Part shown: piece after piece, positions 55,356 to 64,000 of the stretch
How positions within the stretch are numbered: position 1 is the stretch's first letter
Layout of the letters: each line of letters opens with the position of its first letter
From: Eledone cirrhosa
Taxonomy: Eukaryota
NCBI GenBank assembly: GCA_964016885.1
Contig: OZ024758.1
Location: 2,418,001-2,482,000 of the forward strand
Direction: 5' to 3'
DNA length: 64,000 nt
Translations under genes and position numbers: made by a program
Notes under the pieces: generated by a model
The model's database searches: none
Told to the model about the DNA's origin: nothing
Seen by the model: the letters and a program-made list of their open reading frames with translations, nothing else

Positions 55356-56231
55356 GTGGCAAAAGAGCTTTGTAAACAACCATCTGGTTATTCAACTAAC
55401 CAACTAGGAAATAATTGTTTCTATTTTTGGCACAAGGCCAGCAATTACCTCAGTGCATTATTTATTTTATCGACCCCGTAAGGATGAATGGCAAAGCTAC
55501 CCTTGGCAGGATTTGAACTCAGAACATAAAGAGCCATCATTCTATGCTGCAAAGCATGGTGTCTGACGCTCTACCGATTCTGCCAAACAAACTAGGAAAT
55601 AATAATAATAAATGTGCACTCGCTGCCATTAACTGGGTACCTTGCTGCCTATTTAAGATGTGTAAATATGAAAATACACTCTTGACAGGTGCAATGTGTC
55701 CCAATACGGAAGAGCACCCCCCACCCGTCATTGCATCTCCTCTCTCGCCCTCCCATCTCTCTGTATAGTGAGCAGACGGGGTTTCATGTGCTGGCCGCCT
55801 CACAACCCCGGCGAACAGAATGGAGAAGGCGTTTTGCCGGAGGATGGTGAGGGAGATGCGCTGGAAGAACCATTCCATCTCGCGATTCTCTCACACCTAC
55901 GGCTGGGCAGCTCAGCACCAATGGTGGTGAGTAGGGAGGTAGCCCTAGGGTCAAGGACACCAGAAGTTTCCACTGCCAAGGGCACGACCGCACTGGAAAC
56001 CAACAGGTGCGCGTGCCAATAATAACACACGAACCTGTTGGTTTTCACTCATTTTCACTTTATTACAAATTTCCGGTTGGCTGGTTCAATAACCGGATGG
56101 TTGTTTATTTATTGTCAGAGCTCTTTCATCACACATTCTGTGACCTCCTCAGTGAATGATTTGAACTCAGAGTGCACAGAGCCGGAACGAATACTGAAAA
56201 GTCTAATGACTGCCAATCCCCCCCCCCCACG

Positions 56232-56311
<80 letters not shown>

Positions 56312-57745
56312 CTTAATAGAGTGCGTAGCTCAGAGATCAGAAAGTCACTCCAGGTAGAGCTGCTTCTTTTTTTTTCCGAATTGAGCGATCACAGCTCTGG
56401 TACTACAGACATGTGGTTAGAATATTTCAGAAAAGAATCGCTGGACAGATTTTATGGACAAAACCAACCGGCAAGAGAGTCAGGGGGTAGACCACGAGCA
56501 AGATGGTTGGATAACATCCATGAGTTGGAGACAGGTGCTTCTGATAGACCCCTCTGGAAGGAGTGTTTGAGGACTCTTCCCCCATGACGCTCTCTTGAAT
56601 ATGTGAAGTTAATTCCTTAACCACACAGTTACAAGAGTGTTTGAGGACTCTGCCCTCACGGCCCTCTCAGGAATAAGTGGACGAAAAAAAAGACGACGAC
56701 AAAGAAGAAGGTTTATCATTTATTAAATTTCATTCAAGAGGTATCTCAAAAGAAATAAAGAAGAGATATTACTACTACCGCATATTGGAATTGAACTTAA
56801 AACACTATGGATGATAACTTAGTTGTTTAACCACACAGCTACACTAGAAAATACTCTAGCGTCATTGGTGAAACGCTCTGATCATTGGTATGTTTGACCA
56901 TCGGAGACCCAGGGCTAAACAACATAATTTTAAAAAAAGCAAAAAAATAACAAAAAAAAAAACACATCCACCCTAATTTTTCGATGCTCATCCATTGTTT
57001 TCTTTTTATTCACTGTAGAAAAATCAATTTAAAAAAAATCAATATATATATATATATAGAAAAACTCATCGATGAAAGATTATAAATATATAAATGTTTC
57101 TCAGACCAGGAAAAAAATTATTAACGCTAACTTAATTATAAATAACTTAACCGGCGTTAAATATTTCAATAAGGAAATAAAATATAATTGCCTTACATAA
57201 TTTGAAGGATATAAAAAAATAATATCTTTATTTATTCCATGTAAAAAAAAAATATTATAAATAAGTAATTCTAGAAGTTTCTATAAAATGTGACTTCTCT
57301 CTTTCCAGAATATTCTATTTTATCAATGATCGCGCGGCATTAATATTCACTGCTGAACTGTTGTAGTTAATATTATCCACTAAAATACCTCCTTATTTTA
57401 TATCTCTCATTAAACTTATTATAACATATATATTATATATAAAATATATATATTTGACATTATACTAATTATTATATATTTTTTATTGGATATTTTAACT
57501 TGTAATATTTAACAAAAATTCAGTGCTGAACAGTTCTAGTTAACAATATCACTATCAAACATATATATTTCTTTCATTAGACATTTTTCACTTGTAACAT
57601 TAAATAATTTATATCTGCCTTAGTTCCACACCCATCTATATTATTGTATATATTTAGTAACTAACTGAACTACATTATATTATATCTGAGTGAGGAAAAA
57701 GGTGAAGACATTGTCAATAGATCGGTTTAAAGGAAGGAAGGAAAA

Positions 57746-57781
57746 ATGAGTATAAACTATAGCAAATGGGATCATATCGAG
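57746..57781 (+). CDS. CDC37: Hsp90 co-chaperone Cdc37, coding exon 1 (MSINYSKWDHIE)
   Basis: Matches the conserved Cdc37 start (DYS.WDHIE); GAG|GTGAGT donor, phase 0. Confidence 0.93.
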
Positions 57782-59196
57782 GTGAGTAAATAATATTTTA
57801 TGTCACTTTTAGGATCACACACTAAAATATGTCCCCAATACTTTACAACCAATAAAATATATGTTGTATCGATTACACCTTTATTTGTCTATTGTCTACT
57901 TCCAAACGCGTGTATACACATTACATACATAAATACATATACATACATTACATATATACATACATATATATATATATATATACATACATTCACACACTTA
58001 AATACATATACATACATACACATATTTCATACATATATACATACACACACATCTCTCTCTCTCTCTCTAGGGTGTCCACCAAAAATGTATATATACTTCA
58101 ACATCATTCTTATAAATATTGTCACTACAGGTAATCAAAGTGTATATACATTTTTAGGGGACACCCTGTGTATATATATAATAAACATCTAATCACAGTC
58201 ACCCTGTTGTGTGTAGAAAAAATAAGCTATGGGCCGGTGCCTGTCTTTTTAAGATTATTTTTTTTTACTGATCAGGAGTTGCTCAGTGTGCTAGAAATAA
58301 CAGCCAAATTCCAGTGCGAGTCACACCCTTTAATATGTAAGGGAAAAATAAAAAAAAAAGTAATCTGGTTTTATGATCACATTCTATGATAGTTTATTAA
58401 GGAATATTAATTGTCTAGTATTTTATTTTATCGATCCCAGCTATCCTAGATAGTCTGTAACCCACTTGATGGTCACAGTTGGAACGCCTTTGACAGTTCT
58501 ATTGGATTTAGGTTGAGCTGACAGTAAAAATATAAAACTCTGGCCGACAAACAAAGCAAATCCATTCAGTATTACGCATTGGAATTTCCACAATATATTT
58601 ATAAACCATGGATTATATTAGTTTCTAATATTGGTCTGTAATATTTAAGGGAAGGGCAAGTCGATTAAATCTGCACCAGGGCATTACTGGTACTTTATTT
58701 TATCGACCTCCGTAAGGATGAAAAGGTGAAGCTAACCTTATTAATATTGATTTCTGATTTAGGCACGAGGCCTGTAATATATAGGGGAAGGTAAGGAGAA
58801 TTCGATTAAATCGACTTCAGTGCATTACTGGTACTTTATTTTGTCGATCCCGTAAGGATGAAAGGTGAAGCTAACCTCATAAATTATATTGGTTTCTGAT
58901 TAAGACAAGGCCAACCATTTTGAAGGAAGGGAGGGTAGGGGAAAGACCATTAAATGGATCCAGTGTATAACTGGTACTTTATTTTGTCGACTCCGTAAGG
59001 ATGATTGGTGAATGACAGTTAATATATTGGAAAGTAAAGTCTGTTTTATTTTTAGTTGATTTAAAAACAACCTTTAAATATCCTCTTCCTCTTTCCCACG
59101 AGGTTTTTAGATAACCGCTTTAAGTTTTACATTTTCACTGTCATTTGATAAATAGATAAGGCTTTTACAATTTTTCTCCCCAAATCTGTTTATATA

Positions 59197-59228
<32 letters not shown>

Positions 59229-60395
59229 ATTGTTTCTACTTTAGGCACAAGGCCAGCAAAATAACCAGTGCATTACTGGTACTTTATTTTATCGACCCCG
59301 TAAGGATGAAAGGCAAAGTGAATTAAAGATTCGGGACCCCGACGGCTCAGTGGTCACCAACCTTTCCGACCTAACCCTAACCCATTAGCATTTAAATCGG
59401 CAATATCCGACCACAATTCTCTCACCATTTTCTGTTCATACCAGCCATAACCGGCCACTCATACCGACGTTAAGGTACTGTTCTCAAAGTAAATAATATC
59501 AAAATGTCATAGATTCGATATTATATGAGATAATTATGTGAGGTAAAGCCTTTACCATGAAAATACAATAGTATATATAGAATAATGTAAATGTTAATGG
59601 GTTAAAGATGGCAGGGTGTGATTTGAGGGAACACAGAATACTATGTGTGACCTTTTTAAAGATGGCTGGAGTGATTTGAGAGACGTCCTCGTTGAGGCTC
59701 CATCGTTGTGTTGATAGCTCTGATTATATATACATCTATAACAGTTCAGATATACCTTGCTCTCCATATATCTATCTCTGTGGCCTCCAACCTTTCTTTA
59801 TACCTCGGACCGGCCTTAATGTCGGACAATCTTTCCGTGGACCGGTAGTTGCATATATGTGTTATTTAAGTACATTTCGATAAAAAGAGGAATTTGTTAA
59901 AAGGAAGAAAGTGTATTGAGTACATGGATATTGAATATTTAAACAAATCTTTTTAAATTAAAGTCCAATATTCAATTTATTTATTATATAATTTTAAACA
60001 AGTTAATTATTTCTTTGCGGTCCGGTAGCAAATGATCCACGGACCGATACCGGTAGTTGGTGATCTCTGAACCATCAGACATACTGTGGGTCACTCGTGG
60101 TGTTTATGGTGTAGTCAGGTCATGTATTCTACTCCACTGTCCACTACATTTCTAGTATTTCTAGACGGCTAATGTCGCTCTCCCAGGTCAGTCTGTATTC
60201 AACAGATATATGGTTAATGGCGTTTCTCATTCGGAATCGTGGCGTTGTTGGTTGTTTTACTTCTACTTCTTCTTAAGTTGTGATATGAGGGAGATTGGGC
60301 TGCTATTTCTAGCAGGTCTAGCAACCAGACAGATATAGTCCGAGCTGGATTCGAGCACAGGTTCTAGTCTTGTGTTCTTTACATTAAACCTGTGC

Positions 60396-60832
60396 ACCAG
60401 AGGGTCTGAAACCTTTGTCCCTCCCCCTATTACCAGCGAGATCTGTCTACATACAAATTGTAAACAATATATAATAAATAAAATCGTTAATTTATATATA
60501 ATAAATTATATACTATGTACACACACACGTATATATATATATACACACACACGCATGAAGAATGTGTGTGTGTGATATGTATGTATATATTTCTTCATGC
60601 GTGTGTGTGTTTTATATATATATATATATATGTATGCATGTATGTATGTGTATATGTGTATGCATGATATATACTATGTATAAATAAATATTTTTTATTT
60701 TGCTATATTTACTTATAATATATATCATTTGATATTTATTTAATATACTATTATATCATCTATACCCCCCCCCCCCACCTATTAGCCCGCCCCCTCAGGG
60801 GTGAGGCAGTAGCACCCAATTTGAGAACCTCT
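60396..60832. mobile_element. hAT-like MITE; related copy 39342-39660
   Basis: Ends CAGAGGGTCTGAAAC / TTTGAGAACCTCT; shared AT-rich interior between both copies. Confidence 0.55.
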
Positions 60833-61339
60833 AGTTTACACCCTGGTATCAGTACTGCAGCTATTTTTGTGTATAGGTGTTCTTATGGCCCTCTCATCTG
60901 AATGAAAGATGTTTTATTAAGGATGGTGTTGTTCCACGCTAGCATGGGTTAGACGAGTTGACCTGTTGTGGGCAATGCTTTCCCTTTTTTAAGATGGTAA
61001 TCTATGGTTTAAGGGAGTTTAAGCTGCTTATTCTAGTAGGTTAAATAACTACACGGACTCCTTTGTCAGCTCCTGCAGGTTTTATACTCATCATCATCAT
61101 TATTTAACGTCCATCTTCACACTAGCATGGGTTATTCTATGATGAACATTCACTAACCATAACAAATCCTAGCTCTTCTCAAGCATTGCACATGTAGGAA
61201 TAAATTACTCACTCTCTCTCTCGCTTTCTTTTCGGGATGTGTATCTTGTATTTTGTGTTTCTGTCTTCCTTATGAGGGTTTTGATAATGAAGCATCCAGC
61301 CCACTCTGTAAATAGGATGTGTAAAAGACACAGCAAAAA

Positions 61340-61526
61340 GCACCCAGCTCACACTGTCAATGTGGTTGGCATTAGGAAGGGCATCCAACCATAGAAAACC
61401 AGCCTAAAACACTCCTATATGAATGAGACACGGTCACCCAACCCAACTTACCACTAAATGGTACAAACCTGTCTAACCCATGCTAGCATGGAAGATAGAT
61501 GTTAATCGATGATGATGATGATGATG
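61340..61526 (+). mobile_element. SINE 3' part with RTE-type tail (probably Meta-domain type)
   Basis: GTGGTTGGCATTAGGAAGGGCATCCAACCATAGAAAACC ... AACCCATGCTAGCATGGAAGATAGATGTTAA(TGA)n. Confidence 0.6.
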
Positions 61527-62187
61527 AAGGGAGATTTAGCTGCTATTTCTAGCAGATTGAGCTCCTTTATTAACTTGTGCAGTGTTTGACTGTGGTACTT
61601 TGTGGAAGTAGTGTTTGTTTTTCTGCTTGTGAAAATATATTTGTCCATTGATATGTAAGTCTAGTGTTCACCAGAGGATAACTGTTAAGAGTGTGTTCCA
61701 TCTGGTTGTGATAAGTGTGGAGTAGAAAGTAATGCCTGGAAACTGACTTGTGGATAGTCTAGTGAGAGATAAGTGGGTGGCTTGTTTTAGGATATAAATA
61801 GTTCAGTTGTGATGCTGTTGTGAGTGTCCCCCCTCTCTTGTATCATTGCTATTGTTTTTGTAGCAGGATGTGTTATGGTCATGGGGATTTTTACATAGCC
61901 TAGTGGGACTGTTGGTGAGGTTGTGGCAGGTATTATAGTGTTTCTGATATATATATATATATAATATATATATAATATATACACACATATACATAGAGAT
62001 ATAGATATTATTTTCTTTTTTTTTTTTACTTGGACTACCTTTTATTTTCTGTGCCTATCCTTTGTGATCCTGTCTTTATTTTTGTACTCTTAACCCTTTA
62101 GCATTTACATTACTCTATATTTACTATTGTATTTTCATGGTAAAGGCTTTATTTCACATACTTATCTCACATTATATCAGATCTACA

Positions 62188-62370
62188 TGGTGGTGGATTG
62201 GCAGTATTGGTAAAAGGTCGGATGTCATATTTTTCAGTGTAGTTACGTCCCTTTAGTCCGAGTTCAAATCGTGCCGAGGTTAACTTTGCCTTTCATCCTT
62301 ACGGGGTTGATAAAATACAGTACCAGTAATGTACTGGGTAATTGCTGGCCTTGTGCCAAAAGTAGAATCA
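62188..62370 (+). mobile_element. Full-length tRNA-headed SINE inserted into a piggyBac-like MITE in CDC37 intron 1
   Basis: Exact 17-bp TSD ATTATATCAGATCTACA at 62171-62187 and 62371-62387. Confidence 0.9.
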
Positions 62371-63823
62371 ATTATATCAGATCTACAAGATTTTGATATT
62401 ATTTATTTTGAGAACAACACCTTAACATAAGTATGAGCAGCCAGTTACAGCTGGTTTGGAGAGAAAGAGGTGAATGAATTCTGACCATTTTTCTGTGACC
62501 CCAGAATCTTTGCACTTCCCTTTATCTTTCATTTTTAGATATCTGTAGTGTTGCTGTTATTTGAAATAGATTTGTTTTTCATTTTATAAAGTCAGAGGAA
62601 TAAATTAAAACAGTTTGAACTTTTTACAGGACCTCTGAGACTGGTGAGGGTGGGAGGCTATGGCTGGTGGAGGGTGGAGGGTGGGAAGTGAGGCTGAGGC
62701 TGGTGGAGGGTGGGAAGTGAGGCTGGTGGAGGGTGGGAAGCTGAGATTGGTATGTGGGAGAAAGGGAGGGAGAAAGATAACTGCAGTGCAGAGACTTGTC
62801 TGGAATGTTTACAACAGAGTGGGCTCTATTTTTTGTAGGAAAAGGGTTTATATTATTATTGGAACTTATTTTATCCCATTTCCTTCAGCGGTGGATTGGC
62901 AGTATAGAGTTACGGCCCTTTATGGTCAGTTCAAATCCCGCCAAAGTTAAATTTGCCTTTCATCCTTACGGGGTCGATAAAATAAAGTACCAGTGATGCA
63001 CTGGGGTAATTGCTGGCCTTGTACCAAAAGTAGAAACAGTTATTCTTGTATATTTATTTAGTGATTTTTCCATCTCTATTTTGACAATTGCTGAGAAGTC
63101 TGTTATAATCAGACATATTTTAAGTTGTCTTCTACTTAATCTTGGGAGGGTTGTTGGGGGCAGAGCCCACAAACACTTCTTCCAGCATGTCTTGTCAGAA
63201 GCAACCACCTGCAACTGATCTGGCTGGATCTGCAAGCAAGACCAGCCGAGCTCATGGTTGTCTTCTGCTATAATTAAACAATAGCAGTCTTCCATTACTG
63301 CACAATTATTTGTAGTTAACATTTTAATACTCCTTGTATTCTAAATGAACTGTTGACAAAATAACAGATTGATAGTTTTGTCATTGACTGCTAAGTTAAT
63401 GGTTATTTTAGTTATTTACCTACTGACTTGGGTTGTTACAGTGTTTGATACCCAGCATTCTGACCACTTTGACCCAGGTCTTCCTTCGTCTACCTCTAGC
63501 TTCCTTGCACAAGAATTTCCTGGCACTTCTTCACCCAGTTGATCATCATCCATGTGCATCACATGTCTGTATTCATGCAGCCACCTCTCTTGCATGCCAC
63601 TTCAGGTTTCTCTTAAACTCAGTTTCTTCCTCAGTTCATCCAAGCTCTGTCTTTCTCTCACATTTACATTACACGTCGTCCAACGAAGTATAGCTACTAA
63701 CATCTAAATACTATTTAAGTATTAACATTTTTTTTCATATTGACTGAAAAATTTAATTTTCTTATAGAATCATATTGTAACTTGAATTATTTTTTTTAAT
63801 GTTTTTAAATTCTTTAAATTCAG

Positions 63824-63957
63824 ATATCTGACGATGAAGATGACACCCATCCTAATATCGACACAGCGAGTCTTTTCCGCTGGCGTCACCAAGCCCGTAT
63901 TGACAAGATGGAACAGGCAAAGATGGAAAGAGAAACATTTGAAGAAAATGTCAAGTC
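63824..63957 (+). CDS. CDC37: Cdc37 coding exon 2 ([44 protein letters not shown]); gene continues beyond window
   Basis: [23 protein letters not shown] is the Cdc37 N-terminal signature incl. the CK2-site Ser; ttcag acceptor, GTATGT donor. Confidence 0.96.
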
Positions 63958-64000
63958 GTATGTACACTGTTGTTCTTAATCCCTTTAGTATTTACATTAC

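Noticed and set aside
55537-56048. Cluster of 70-113-aa ORFs in a GC-richer patch
   Set aside because: The patch is a dispersed repeat (diverged copy at 3580-3790) and the frames are not conserved between copies

Overview
Eukaryotic, very AT-rich and microsatellite-saturated animal DNA. The SINE/LINE repertoire suggests an octopod cephalopod (inference from remembered repeat families, not a search). Two spliced genes can be rebuilt by hand; the ORF track shows neither as a whole. (1) A complete 11-exon CYP20A1-like cytochrome P450 on the minus strand (54405->43075; 1401 nt CDS, 466 aa, all introns GT-AG and phase-consistent). (2) The first two coding exons of the Hsp90 co-chaperone CDC37 on the plus strand (57746-57781, 63824-63957), head-to-head with the P450. 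Almost all ORFs in the supplied track are artefacts of (TA)n, (CA)n and (GGT)n repeats. The rest is transposon-derived: about 20 copies of a tRNA-headed SINE, CORE-like SINEs, 3' ends of RTE and CR1 LINEs, piggyBac/hAT/Tc1 MITEs and minisatellites. Two observations stand out. First, the otherwise intact P450 has Asn where the heme-ligating Cys should be. Second, the short non-coding islands inside (TA)n tracts belong to several unrelated families carrying minimal hammerhead-ribozyme motifs of the Penelope-like-element type, many arranged as fold-back palindromes whose two arms share copy-specific mutations.
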